DNA from: an uncultured Candidatus Saccharibacteria bacterium | Lineage (GTDB): Bacteria; Patescibacteriota; Minisyncoccia; CAYRSW01 | Direction: 5' to 3' | Assembly: GCA_964427335.1 (NCBI GenBank) | Contig: CAYRSW010000001.1 | Location: 18,101-57,434 of the forward strand | Length of the DNA: 39,334 nucleotides | Part shown: positions 1-9,640 of the stretch, piece after piece | Numbering within the stretch: position 1 is the stretch's first letter | Layout: each line of letters begins with the position of its first letter | Translations under genes and position numbers: made by a program | The notes under the pieces: model-generated | What the model saw: only the letters and a program-made list of their open reading frames with translations | Database searches by the model: none | Told to the model about the DNA's origin: nothing

Positions 1-325
1 CCCATTCAATAACTACCACTGCGTTCTTCTCTTCTAAAATTTCTCCAAATCCTAAGTCCAAAAGTTCTTGGGGATTTTTAATTCGATAGCAATCTATATG
101 GTATAGATGTTGGATTTTAGATACTTTGAATCTCTTCAAAATCACAAAAGTTGGGCTGGTGATTCGCTCTTTTATACCTAAGCCCCGAGCTAAGCCCTGA
201 ATAAAAGTGGTCTTTCCACTCCCGAGTTCTCCTTCCAGGCAAATCAAAGCTTTTCCCTTGAGGCTTTCTGCTAAAAGTTTTCCAGCCTTTTGAGTCTGGG
301 TAGCGCTTTTGGTAATTATCGTCAT
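1..325 (-). CDS. tsaE: TsaE (YjeE) t6A-biosynthesis P-loop ATPase; 3' end runs off the window
   Basis: Own reverse translation from ATG (complement of 323-325): MTIITKSATQTQKAGKLLAESLKGKALICLEGELGSGKTTFIQGLARGLGIKERITSPTFVILKRF...HLYHIDCYRI. Walker A GELGSGKTTF and the HxDxYR motif are typical of TsaE. Absent from the ORF track because it is truncated. Confidence 0.8.
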   Translation of the reverse strand, partial: MTIITKSATQTQKAGKLLAESLKGKALICLEGELGSGKTTFIQGLARGLGIKERITSPTFVILKRFKVSKIQHLYHIDCYRIKNPQELLDLGFGEILEEKNAVVVIEW

Positions 326-407
326 CTTAACTTGAATACTAGCATATTTTAGCCAAAAGTAAACCCCCGCTTCATAAAACTTTTTTTGTTTATCCACAGG
401 TCATCGC

Positions 408-436
408 TTGACGATAAGTCCTTCTCGCGATAAACT
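408..436 (+). promoter_or_regulatory. candidate sigma70-type promoter for the DHH gene
   Basis: TTGACG (408-413), 17-nt spacer, TAAACT (431-436), 26 nt upstream of ATG 463. Confidence 0.3.
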
Positions 437-462
437 AATAAGATTAGCAACATAAGAAACAT

Positions 463-1623
463 ATGAGCCTTTCCGAACAACAACAAGCTTTGGAATTTAT
501 TAAAAGGTACCAGAAGATCCTTCTTCTTATCAGTAAAAACCCAAATGGGGACTCTTTAGGCAGCGCTTTGGGTTTATATTTAATTTTAAAAAAAATCGGA
601 AAAGTTCCGATTTTGGTTTATCCCTCCAAAGAAAAAAGGGAACTAGAACCCTTCAAATTTCTACCAGCCCAAAACGAAATTACAACAGAGATTTCTCGTT
701 CAAAGGATTTTGTTTTATCTTTAGCCAACTCTGAAGTAAAAATTGAGCGTTTGCGTTATGAAAGCACTCCTGAAAGACTTAAGATTTTTATTACTCCCAA
801 ACAAGGAGAACTTAAGAAAGAAGACCTTTCTATAGAAACCTTACCTCCCAAATACGAACTGATAATTATTCTTGACTGCCCGGATCTGGAACAATTAGGC
901 AAGCTCTATGAAGAAAATGCTAAACTTTTTTTTGAAACACCAATTTTAAATATCGACCACCATTCTTCCAACGAACATTTTGGTAGAGTCAATATCATAG
1001 ACCACACAGCTAGATCCTGTTCAGAAATTATATTCAACCTTATTTCCCCTTTGGGGGAAAATTTATTTGATGAAGATTCCTCTACCTGCCTACTAGCCGG
1101 TATTATCAGCCAAACTCAAAATTTTCAAAACCAAAATACTACCCCACAGGCCTTTAAGACCGCGGCGACTCTGATTGCTCACGGTGCCCGGCAGCAAGAA
1201 ATTATAAGATATCTTTATAAAACTAAACCTCTAAAAATTCTCAAACTCTGGGGAAAAGTATTAGCCAACCTCGAAGAGAAAAAAGACCTGAATTTAATAA
1301 TTTCAACCCTTTCCCAAGATGACTTCAAAAAGACTTGTACCTCCCCCAAAGACCTTTCTCTTATAGCCGAAGACCTAAAGAAAAGCTACTGGCAAGCAGA
1401 TTTAATTCTGCTTCTTTTTGAAGAGCTCGAAGGAAAAATAAAGGCAGTGTTGCAAGTACTTAATAATTTTAACCTAGAAGAATTAGCAGCGCTTTTTGAA
1501 AATTCACGCATTTTGGAAAAAAATATCAAGTTTGAAATAGCGTCTCAAAATATTGAAGAGGCAAAGGAAAGGATAGTTGAAAAAATCAGGACTTTAAGCT
1601 ATACTAGAAGTGATAGAAACTAA
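463..1623 (+). CDS. DHH-family phosphoesterase (NrnA-like oligoribonuclease/pAp phosphatase type); DHHA1 GGGH motif not obvious
   Basis: 386-aa ORF with N-terminal GDSLGSALG, DCPD and NIDHHSSNEHFG (DHH motif). Confidence 0.75.
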   Translation: MSLSEQQQALEFIKRYQKILLLISKNPNGDSLGSALGLYLILKKIGKVPILVYPSKEKRELEPFKFLPAQNEITTEISRSKDFVLSLANSEVKIERLRYESTPERLKIFITPKQGELKKEDLSIETLPPKYELIIILDCPDLEQLGKLYEENAKLFFETPILNIDHHSSNEHFGRVNIIDHTARSCSEIIFNLISPLGENLFDEDSSTCLLAGIISQTQNFQNQNTTPQAFKTAATLIAHGARQQEIIRYLYKTKPLKILKLWGKVLANLEEKKDLNLIISTLSQDDFKKTCTSPKDLSLIAEDLKKSYWQADLILLLFEELEGKIKAVLQVLNNFNLEELAALFENSRILEKNIKFEIASQNIEEAKERIVEKIRTLSYTRSDRN

Positions 1624-1643
1624 GTTTCAACGAACAAAAAGTT

Positions 1644-3290
1644 ATGAATAATCAACAAAAAGCTAAAAGAACTTTGATTAAATTAACACGGGAGCAGGAA
1701 GAAAAGCTTGCTCAAAGGAAAGCTGAAAATTTGGGATTGCCTTACATCAATTTAGTCAAAATCTATATTGACCCAGAAGCCCTTGAAACTATAACTCAAG
1801 CTGAGGCAAGAAAGGCCCGGATGGCTGTCGTCTATAAAAAGGGGAGGATTCTAAAAATCGCTTTATGTGACCCCAAAAATCCTGAAACAATTGAAGTTCT
1901 AGCTGGCCTTAGAAAAGAGGGTTTTGAATACTCTCTTTTTATTTCAACTCTTAGCGGGCTTAAAACCCTCTGGAAGAAATATCCTAAAAAAATATTTAAA
2001 AAGACTGCTGAAGATTTATCCGTAAGCATTGAGAAACTAACTCAATTTGAAAAGGAAATTAAAAATATAAGCTCTTTAGGTAGTCAGGTGGTAAAGGTGC
2101 CTGTTACTGAACTTTTAGAAATTGTTTTAGCCGGAGCCTTGAAGACCCGAGCTTCTGATATTCACTTTGAACCAAAAAAAGAAGAAATCGACCTCCGTTT
2201 CCGGATTGATGGAGTATTGCAAAACATAACAGGGCTTGCCGGAGTAATTTATCCACGACTGGTAACTAGAATAAAATTAATCTCTGGGCTAAAAATTAAT
2301 ATTCACAACGTTCCTCAAGATGGAAGATTTAGTGTTGTTTTCAAAAAAAAACCTATTGACGTCAGAGTATCGGTTGTTCCTTCTGGCTGGGGAGAAACCG
2401 TAGTATTGAGAATTCTCGGTCGGTTTGGCCTCTTGGAAATTGACCAATTGGGCTTGAGAATTCCAGCTTTAGAAATAATGAAGGCTGAAGCGAAAAAACC
2501 GCATGGAATGATACTAACTACTGGACCAACCGGCGCCGGCAAAACCACAACTCTCTTTTCCTTTCTCAAACACATACGAAAGCCAGAAATTAAAATTGTT
2601 ACTCTTGAAGACCCAATTGAATATCGTCTAGCCGGAATTACCCAAACCCAAATAAATATTGAAGAGGGCTACACTTTTTCTGTAGGCCTGAAAGCGATTT
2701 TAAGACAGGATCCAGATGTAATTCTAGTCGGGGAAATAAGGGAGTTAGAAACCGCAGAAATTGCTACCAACGCGGCACTAACCGGCCACCTAGTTCTTTC
2801 TACACTTTCTACTAACAGCGCTGCCCAGACCATTTCACGACTTATCAATATGGGACTAAAAACTTTTGTTCTCGCTCCATCAGTAAATGTAATTATCGCC
2901 CAAAGGTTAGTTAGAAGAATTTGTGAAAAATGTAAAGCCCGATACGAGCCTTCTAAAGGAGAAAAAGATTTGATAAAAAAGATAGTTACAGGAATCCCTC
3001 CAAATTATCCCGAACATCCAAAAATAAAAGCCGGCTTTAAGCTGGCTAGGGGTAAGGGATGTATTTATTGCAACTTTACCGGTTATAGAGGTCGGATTGG
3101 CATCTTTGAAGTCCTAAAAATAGAGAAAGATTTAGAAGGTTTAATCCAGTCTTTGCCTCGAGTTTCAGATATAGAATCTCTGGCAAGGAAAAAAAGTATG
3201 TTGAGTTTAAAAGAAGATGGAATATTAAAAGTATTAGAAGAAATTACTACTCCCCAAGAAGTTGAAAGGGTAACCGGTGCCCTCCACTAG
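1644..3290 (+). CDS. pilB: Type IV pilus / type II secretion assembly ATPase (PilB/GspE family)
   Basis: Walker A GPTGAGKTTT, Walker B DPDVILVGEIR, His box GHLVLSTL, tetracysteine CEKCK...CIYCNFTGYRGR, N-terminal GSPII-like domain. Confidence 0.9.
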   Translation: MNNQQKAKRTLIKLTREQEEKLAQRKAENLGLPYINLVKIYIDPEALETITQAEARKARMAVVYKKGRILKIALCDPKNPETIEVLAGLRKEGFEYSLFISTLSGLKTLWKKYPKKIFKKTAEDLSVSIEKLTQFEKEIKNISSLGSQVVKVPVTELLEIVLAGALKTRASDIHFEPKKEEIDLRFRIDGVLQNITGLAGVIYPRLVTRIKLISGLKINIHNVPQDGRFSVVFKKKPIDVRVSVVPSGWGETVVLRILGRFGLLEIDQLGLRIPALEIMKAEAKKPHGMILTTGPTGAGKTTTLFSFLKHIRKPEIKIVTLEDPIEYRLAGITQTQINIEEGYTFSVGLKAILRQDPDVILVGEIRELETAEIATNAALTGHLVLSTLSTNSAAQTISRLINMGLKTFVLAPSVNVIIAQRLVRRICEKCKARYEPSKGEKDLIKKIVTGIPPNYPEHPKIKAGFKLARGKGCIYCNFTGYRGRIGIFEVLKIEKDLEGLIQSLPRVSDIESLARKKSMLSLKEDGILKVLEEITTPQEVERVTGALH

Positions 3291-3446
3291 CCTGTAGGCA
3301 ATTCTCCGATTATTGAAAATCGGAGGAAGAAATTCTACCGGCGTAGGCGAGCCGAAGCTATCCTACCCATTTAGAAAATTCCCTAAAGGTTTTAAGAGCC
3401 AGACGACTTCTTAAAACAACCTTCCTTGCCTACAGGCTAGTGGAGG
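3281..3446. repeat. 166-nt element closed by a perfect 21-bp inverted repeat; overlaps the pilB stop codon
   Basis: CCTCCACTAGCCTGTAGGCAA (3281-3301) is the exact reverse complement of TTGCCTACAGGCTAGTGGAGG (3426-3446). Internal hairpin CTCCGAT(3304-3310)/ATCGGAG(3319-3325) plus further imperfect stems. Confidence 0.85.
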
Positions 3447-3492
3447 ATAGCAATATTTTATCTTAGCAGACTAATATAATTTTGTCAAGGGC

Positions 3493-4506
3493 ATGGGCAT
3501 TATTTCTCCGAAATTCCAACTTGAAGACCAAAGGATTGACCGGACGCTTCGTCCTAAAGATCTTTCGGAATTCGTTGGCCAAGAAAAAATAAAACGAAAC
3601 CTTAAAGTATTTATTGAGGCAGCCAAAATTAGAAATGAGTCGTTGGAACATCTCTTGCTCTATGGGCCAAGCGGATTAGGAAAAACCACTTTAAGCCATA
3701 TTGTCGCTAGGGAAATAAAAGCCAATATTAAGGTTACTTCAGGACCAGCAATAGAAAAAGTTGGAGATTTAGCTTCTATTTTAACTAATCTTAACCCAGG
3801 AGATGTGCTTTTTATTGATGAGTGCCATCGGCTTCCTCGAGTGATAGAGGAAGTTTTCTATTCCGCTATGGAAGACTATGCTCTGGACATTATTATTGGT
3901 AAAGGCCCTTCAGCCAAAACCCTAAGATTAGATTTGCCTCGATTTACTCTTATCGGCGCCACTACTAAGATTGGACTCCTGTCTTCGCCTTTTAGGGGAA
4001 GGTTTGGCGCAATCTTTCGTTTAAACTTTTATACTACGCGGGATATCGAAGCAATAATTGAACGCTCTTCTAAAATATTGGACACAGAACTAACAAAAGA
4101 TGCAAGAGAAATAATCGCCCGCACGTCACGAAGAACTCCCCGAATAGCCAATCGAATACTTAAAAGGGTAAGGGATTTTGCCCAAGTGAAGGGAGACGGA
4201 ATAATTACTAAGGATATTGCCGAGGGATGTCTTAAAACGTTAGAGATAGACCAGCTTGGCTTAGAACCAACTGACAGAAAACTTCTTAAAATTATTATTG
4301 AAAATTTTAAAGGAGGACCGGTCGGACTGAATGCTCTAGCCGCCACTTTATCAGAAGAAAAAGAAACTATTGAAGATATCTACGAACCATATCTTTTACA
4401 GCTGGGTTTTATTGCTCGTACATCTAAAGGTCGAGTAGCTACAAAAGCGGCATATAAACATCTCGGAATAAAATTTACCAAAGAAGATCAACAGTTAAGT
4501 TTCTAA
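3493..4506 (+). CDS. ruvB: Holliday junction branch-migration helicase RuvB
   Basis: [13 protein letters not shown], Walker [11 protein letters not shown], Walker [11 protein letters not shown], sensor/arginine regions [11 protein letters not shown]. Confidence 0.95.
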   Translation: MGIISPKFQLEDQRIDRTLRPKDLSEFVGQEKIKRNLKVFIEAAKIRNESLEHLLLYGPSGLGKTTLSHIVAREIKANIKVTSGPAIEKVGDLASILTNLNPGDVLFIDECHRLPRVIEEVFYSAMEDYALDIIIGKGPSAKTLRLDLPRFTLIGATTKIGLLSSPFRGRFGAIFRLNFYTTRDIEAIIERSSKILDTELTKDAREIIARTSRRTPRIANRILKRVRDFAQVKGDGIITKDIAEGCLKTLEIDQLGLEPTDRKLLKIIIENFKGGPVGLNALAATLSEEKETIEDIYEPYLLQLGFIARTSKGRVATKAAYKHLGIKFTKEDQQLSF

Positions 4507-4509
4507 ATT

Positions 4510-4701
4510 ATGTTTAGAATACTCCTTTTCATCTTTCTTATCGCCATCGGAATATTCTTTAGTTTTTCCTGGGCTATTGTTTATCATTTAGCCAGATTTG
4601 GAGTAAACCGCAGGGCGACTAAATTAATAACTCTCTTCTTTATCAGTGGCTCTCTTGTTATAATAGGCGTAACCCTATGGGCCCTTATGAATGTAGAATA
4701 A
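4510..4701 (+). CDS. small two-helix membrane protein, function unknown
   Basis: 63-aa ORF with two hydrophobic helices. Starts 3 nt after the ruvB stop and ends in a TAATG overlap with the next gene. Confidence 0.5.
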   Translation: MFRILLFIFLIAIGIFFSFSWAIVYHLARFGVNRRATKLITLFFISGSLVIIGVTLWALMNVE

Positions 4702-5216
4702 TGAAACGATACCACTTCCGGGGTCAAGACCCGGGCGAAAAAATAATAAAACTTTTGCATCGACACTTGCTAATAATTATAACTGGTGTTATGATGCCCC
4801 TGATAGCTTTTTTGTTGCCGGTCGTTTGCTACTTTCTCCTGCGAGAATTTTTTTCCTTTATTATCTCTGAAGTTCCCTACTTTTATCTTTTCATCTTTTT
4901 AAGCGGCATCTATATACTCTTTGTCTGGCTTCAATTAAATCTTTCCATTGCGGACTACTATCTTGACGCATGGATTATCACTGATAAGCGAATTGTTGAT
5001 ATCGTGCAGAGCGGACTTTTCAAAAGGGAGGTCTCTGAATGCCGGCTTGATCGTATCCAGGATGTAACCGCCAGAGTAAAGGGACTTACGCCAACTATAT
5101 TTGACTTTGGAGATGTTCATATACAAACAGCTGGACGTGAAAAAGAATTCGTTTTCAGACAAGTCCCAGACCCCTATGGGGTAAAGGATTTAATTTTAGA
5201 TTTAACTCATAAATAA
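4701..5216 (+). CDS. membrane protein with bacterial PH (bPH_2/YdbT-like) domain
   Basis: Two N-terminal TM helices, then WIITDKRIVDIVQSGLFKREVSECRLDRIQDVT...FDFGDVHIQTAG. I prefer ATG 4701 (MKRYHF, TAATG coupling) over the track start at 4677. Confidence 0.6.
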   Translation: MKRYHFRGQDPGEKIIKLLHRHLLIIITGVMMPLIAFLLPVVCYFLLREFFSFIISEVPYFYLFIFLSGIYILFVWLQLNLSIADYYLDAWIITDKRIVDIVQSGLFKREVSECRLDRIQDVTARVKGLTPTIFDFGDVHIQTAGREKEFVFRQVPDPYGVKDLILDLTHK

Positions 5217-5261
5217 TATTATAATTATGACCTCCGCTTCGCTGCGGTCGGAGAATAATAT

Positions 5262-5292
5262 AAAAACAAGCGACTTGAGTTGCTTGTTTTTT
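5262..5292. terminator. bidirectional intrinsic terminator between convergent genes
   Basis: AAAAACAAGC (5262-5271), 10-nt loop, GCTTGTTTTT (5282-5291). A-run and T-run flank it, so it has a U-tract on either strand. Confidence 0.65.
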
Positions 5293-5316
5293 AATAAACC
5301 AATAAATTAATAAATT
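5293..5316. repeat. tandem 8-mer AATAAAYY x3 directly 3' of the PBP1A stop
   Basis: AATAAACC AATAAATT AATAAATT. Same unit as the array at 9599-9630. Confidence 0.7.
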
Positions 5317-5320
5317 AAAT

Positions 5321-8284
5321 TTATTCAACAACAACTGTTACCTCTTCACTTACCCCCATATTGCCAGCATTGTCGTAAGCTTTGGCTGAAATTTTGTACT
5401 GGCCAACCGAAGGTAAATCACTCCAAAAGGTTTGATATTCTCTAGAGCTATCCAAAGGCAAGGGAGAAGAACCAATAAGTTTTAAGATGCCGTCCTTGCC
5501 TTTAAAATAAAACTGCACATTGTCTATACCCAAACCAATGTCGGAGGCTTCAGCTGTAATTAAAAGCGGAAAAGATTCAATTATTAAGACCTGATAAGGT
5601 TTCGGAGAAATTATTTCAAGTTGTGGTGGAATTTTATCCGGGACCCTCAAAAAAATATTAAGCTTGCTTTCTGTGTGATTCTTTACCTCGTCGTAAGCTA
5701 TTACTCTAATTGTATAGGCTCCGTTAGAAAGACTTTGAGGTAAAGTTAATCTTGCCTGGTAGGGTTCAGTTTCATCAGTACTAATTAGTTGGTCTTGGAA
5801 GAAAAAATCAAGTTGTTTTATGCCTAAAGGCGCTTGAGCTTGAGCTTCAATAGTTAGACCCTTGAGTTCCTTTAAATCGGTAATAATGAGATTTTCTTTT
5901 GGGCTTATAATTTTCACTTCTGGCCTGTTTTCCGGGATATGAACATCATCATACTCTTGAGGCAAGGGCTGGTTATAAAAACCGATATATTCCTGCCAGA
6001 TTTTATCTTCCTCTGTCAACTCTTCAAGTTTTGCCAATTCTGTCATCTTCGCGGCCCATCTTAAAACCGGTGCTTCCCAATTTGTAAATTGAGGATCTTC
6101 ATTTGGATGTTGAGGAGAAATGCCTTGGGGGTTATCTTTATCAATATAATATAAAATATTATGAACAACTCTAAAAATTTCTTCTTCTATCAATCCCGGT
6201 GGGGTAAATTCAGTAGCCAGTTTGCCTGAAATCTTATCCAGCTTCATGATATTTTCCGAGGCAAATTGTCCAGAAAGCACCGGCTTTTCCACCTCCCGAG
6301 GTTTAGGATCACTAAAACGCTCAACAGGGCTCGCTTTTAAAGATTCTCTCATAAAAGCATTCCAAATAGGCGCTGCAGCATAAATTCCAGCAGCTCCTTT
6401 TTTCATCTCGGTATTGTCATTGTTGCCCACCCAAACTCCTGCTACCATATCCGGTGTATAACCAATAGTCCAGGCATCGCGATATTCTTGAGTAGTACCG
6501 GTTTTAGCCGCTGCCGGACGGTCCCCTAAAAAAAGTTTACTTTGTAATCCAAACATAGGAGCGCGAGCAAAGTTGTCAGAAAGGATGTCACTAATTAGCC
6601 TGGCAATCTGGGGCTCTAACACTCTCTCGGATTTTGATTCAAATTCCTCCAAAACTTTACCCTCGTTAGTTTCCACTTTTAATAGGACTTGGGAAGGATA
6701 ACTCTCGCCTTCAGCGGCAAAAACACCGTAGGCAGAAACTATATCTAAAAGTTTTACTTCTCCACCGCCTAAAACCAAAGAAAGGCCATAATAACGGTTC
6801 GGATCTCTTGTTAAAGTAGTGATGCCTAATTTTTGGGCAAGTTTAACAGTATCCTTTACTCCAGCTAAATAAAGGGTCTTTACCGAAGCCAGATTAATTG
6901 ATTGGGCTAAAGCCTGACGCATAGTTATAGGACCTCGAAACTTAAGGTCATAATTTTGCGGCATATAGCTTTCAGCTCCGGCTACGGAAAATTCTGTTTC
7001 TAGGTCAAATAAAACAGTCTCCGGCGTATAACCCTTTTCAAAAGCTCGAGCATAAGCAAAAGGTTTAAAAGCAGAACCGGGCTGACGTTCCCGTGTTACT
7101 ACATTAACATTAGGATCAAATAAACAGGTTTTTCCAAAGATGCATCCTTCGGGGTAGGACTCCTCGGCAAAATAATCCTTTGAACCAACCATAGCCAGAA
7201 CCTGGCCAGTTTTTGGGTCAATGGCGGCCAGCGCTGCGTTAAAAGCCTTGTATTTTTCTTCGTTAATCTCCGCTTGGGCAGCAATCTTCTCCTCGGCAAT
7301 CTGCTGCAGGTCCCAATCCAGAGTTGTATAGACCTTAAGCCCAGCTTCCTTTATGTAGTCCACTCCATATTTCTCTTCTAAAATTTCTTGAACATACATA
7401 ACAAAATGAGGAGCCTTAATGCCGTGCTTATGAGTAACAAACTCTAGTTTTTCTTCAAGGGCCTGCTTTGCTTCCTCCTCGGTAATAAAACCTAGTTTCA
7501 ACATTCTGGCGATAATGTATTCCTGGCGGGCTTTGAGTTCCTCGGGATGAGTCCCATAAGGAGAGTAATAAGTCGGTGCCTTTGGTAGAGCTGCCAATAA
7601 GGCACTTTCCGCTAAGTCCAATTCTCGAGCATACTTACCGAAAAAAAACTGGGCAGCTGCTTCAACGCCGTAAGTGTTGGAACCATAAGGAACTTCATTG
7701 AGATAAAAAGTCAAAATTTCATCTTTGGAATACTTCCTTTCTAATTCCAAAGATAAAATTATCTCCTTTATCTTTCTTGTTAATGTTCTTTCGGGCGTTA
7801 GCATTGAATTTTTAATAAACTGTTGAGTAATGGTTGAAGCTCCTTGAATGTGCTTGCCTCGAATATTAGCCCAGAGAGCTCTTAATATTGATTTAAGAGC
7901 TATACCTGGATGCTCGTAGAATGAATCATCTTCAGTAGCAACGGTAGCATATTTCATAAAATCGGAAATCTCATTAGTAGGAATAACTGTTCTTTTTTTC
8001 TCGCCGAATATTTCGTAAAGAAGAATTTGACCGGTCCTATCATAAATCTTTGTCGACTGAACTTCCTGACGCTCACTTACCTCTTCCGGATTGGGCAAAT
8101 CTTTAGCAAACCAAGCAAAAGTACCAATAACCAAAAGAGCTGAAAGGAAAATTGTCAAAATAAAAAAGAGAAAGATTTTTTTTAAAATCCTCTTTGGCTT
8201 CCGAGCCCTCCTAAGCTCTCTTTTGAGTTTTTTGGAGGCCCGAGATTTCCTAGTGGTTATTCGATATTTCTTTCTTACTGGCAT
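5321..8284 (-). CDS. class A penicillin-binding protein (PBP1A-type transglycosylase/transpeptidase) with C-terminal Ig-like extension
   Basis: GT51 motifs EDDSFYEHPG, GASTITQQ, RKIKE. Transpeptidase motifs SAFKP, SIN, KTGT. Basic N-tail plus one TM. About 200 extra C-terminal residues that look beta-rich and repeat-like. Confidence 0.9.
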   Translation of the reverse strand: MPVRKKYRITTRKSRASKKLKRELRRARKPKRILKKIFLFFILTIFLSALLVIGTFAWFAKDLPNPEEVSERQEVQSTKIYDRTGQILLYEIFGEKKRTVIPTNEISDFMKYATVATEDDSFYEHPGIALKSILRALWANIRGKHIQGASTITQQFIKNSMLTPERTLTRKIKEIILSLELERKYSKDEILTFYLNEVPYGSNTYGVEAAAQFFFGKYARELDLAESALLAALPKAPTYYSPYGTHPEELKARQEYIIARMLKLGFITEEEAKQALEEKLEFVTHKHGIKAPHFVMYVQEILEEKYGVDYIKEAGLKVYTTLDWDLQQIAEEKIAAQAEINEEKYKAFNAALAAIDPKTGQVLAMVGSKDYFAEESYPEGCIFGKTCLFDPNVNVVTRERQPGSAFKPFAYARAFEKGYTPETVLFDLETEFSVAGAESYMPQNYDLKFRGPITMRQALAQSINLASVKTLYLAGVKDTVKLAQKLGITTLTRDPNRYYGLSLVLGGGEVKLLDIVSAYGVFAAEGESYPSQVLLKVETNEGKVLEEFESKSERVLEPQIARLISDILSDNFARAPMFGLQSKLFLGDRPAAAKTGTTQEYRDAWTIGYTPDMVAGVWVGNNDNTEMKKGAAGIYAAAPIWNAFMRESLKASPVERFSDPKPREVEKPVLSGQFASENIMKLDKISGKLATEFTPPGLIEEEIFRVVHNILYYIDKDNPQGISPQHPNEDPQFTNWEAPVLRWAAKMTELAKLEELTEEDKIWQEYIGFYNQPLPQEYDDVHIPENRPEVKIISPKENLIITDLKELKGLTIEAQAQAPLGIKQLDFFFQDQLISTDETEPYQARLTLPQSLSNGAYTIRVIAYDEVKNHTESKLNIFLRVPDKIPPQLEIISPKPYQVLIIESFPLLITAEASDIGLGIDNVQFYFKGKDGILKLIGSSPLPLDSSREYQTFWSDLPSVGQYKISAKAYDNAGNMGVSEEVTVVVE

Positions 8285-8351
8285 ACGCTTAAGGAGATAT
8301 CCTCTCTACTGCCGTCTATATATAGTAGAGTATCATAGGTTAAACGAGGAT

Positions 8352-9545
8352 TCAAGAGTGGCGGGACAATATAACCATCAGACCTACCATTACCCAAAAG
8401 ATTATGGCTAAGTCATTCTTCCAGTATGTCGTATCAATTAATCCATGAACTAAAATGTAAATCATCACAGCTAGTAAGGGCATTGCATACGATGCCCCTG
8501 CCGTATTAATTCGAGCCAATCCCTTCTTAAAAAACCAAACAACAATCCAAACAAACCCCAATAAACCCAATACTCCCGTCTGCAACCAGAACGCCAGGAA
8601 CAGATTATGCGGCTGAGGCACGGCCCATTGAAGATAAGGTTCTTTAAAATAAGAACTGTAATCTAAATAGTATTTTTGAAAAGTACCCAGGCCAATACCC
8701 CAGAGAGGATGGTCTTTTAAAATAAGCAACCCTGCTCGCCAAATTATAAGCCGTGACTGCAAAGAAGAGCGCGTTGAAAAAAGAAAATTTTGGAATTTCT
8801 CTGTTCGTAACTGAAACGCACCTAGAATAATAATTAAAAATATAAAAATATAAAAATATAAAAATACTTTCTTTCTTTTTTGAGGGTCAAGGCTTCTAAA
8901 ATTAAACCAAAGTAAAAATAAAAGTCCTACTAATACTCCCAACCAAGCGCCATAAGAAAAGGTGAAATAAAAGGCAATGCCCGCCAGTCCAACAACAATG
9001 AGCCAGAAATATTTCAACTCCTTAGAAGCCAGTAGAAAGTAGAGAGCAATAAGCAGTGCCGGAGCAAGATACATAGCTAAATGATTGGGCGAGAGGAAAA
9101 AAGTCCTAAGACGACCATCAAAAGTAAGGTTTCTTGCGAGGAAATAGCCAATACTAATTACTGCCACTCCCGCTCCTGACAAACCAAAGACAACCAAGAT
9201 GTTTTTGATTTGCTTTTTGGTTTTGACCACACTTACGAGCACCATAAAAAATAAAAGAGGACCGATAAACCAACCCTTAAAGATGCCTAAGCTAGCCAAC
9301 TTGTAAGGAGAAACGATGGTTGAAATTGTGCAGCCGACTAAGAGTAACATTATCGGGATAAAAAACTTAGTCTTGAGAAACTTAGTTTCAACAAGTCCCT
9401 TGTTGAAACTAAGTTTCAACAACCAAACGGTAAACACAAGACAAATCATCAATTCTAAAATCGTCGTCGGAACCCAGAAAATTTTAAGACGGATTAAATA
9501 GAGAGGTAAAGAAAATACTATTAGATAAATTAGATAAATAGACAT
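8352..9545 (-). CDS. polytopic membrane protein, O-antigen ligase/Wzy_C family
   Basis: 397 aa, at least 10 hydrophobic helices, conserved loop PQPHNLFLAFWLQTGVLGLLGF. Confidence 0.65.
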   Translation of the reverse strand: MSIYLIYLIVFSLPLYLIRLKIFWVPTTILELMICLVFTVWLLKLSFNKGLVETKFLKTKFFIPIMLLLVGCTISTIVSPYKLASLGIFKGWFIGPLLFFMVLVSVVKTKKQIKNILVVFGLSGAGVAVISIGYFLARNLTFDGRLRTFFLSPNHLAMYLAPALLIALYFLLASKELKYFWLIVVGLAGIAFYFTFSYGAWLGVLVGLLFLLWFNFRSLDPQKRKKVFLYFYIFIFLIIILGAFQLRTEKFQNFLFSTRSSLQSRLIIWRAGLLILKDHPLWGIGLGTFQKYYLDYSSYFKEPYLQWAVPQPHNLFLAFWLQTGVLGLLGFVWIVVWFFKKGLARINTAGASYAMPLLAVMIYILVHGLIDTTYWKNDLAIIFWVMVGLMVILSRHS

Positions 9546-9565
9546 AGTCTGGAGTCAAAAATTGG

Positions 9566-9630
9566 TTATTTATTATTTTATTTATTTACTTATTTATTAA
9601 TAAATTAATAAACTAATAAATCAATAAATT
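9566..9630. repeat. almost pure A/T quasi-palindromic tract containing AATAAAYY x4
   Basis: AATAAATT AATAAACT AATAAATC AATAAATT at 9599-9630. The left arm is the approximate reverse complement, with central palindrome ATTTATTAATAAAT. Confidence 0.7.
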
Positions 9631-9640
9631 GAAATCTATC

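Noticed and set aside
390-398. Perfect DnaA box TTATCCACA in the tsaE / DHH-gene divergent spacer
   Set aside because: It is a single isolated 9-mer 14 kb from dnaA. One chance occurrence in about 79 kb of two-strand sequence is not improbable. It might still be a DnaA-regulated promoter, but it is not evidence for an origin.
5213-5265. Possible fourth, diverged copy of the 37-nt element (TATAAT ... GCTGCGGTCGGAGAATAATATAAAA)
   Set aside because: The spacing between the TATAAT and TGCGGTCG blocks is about 13 nt longer than in M1-M3. The remaining similarity is AT-rich and could be chance.
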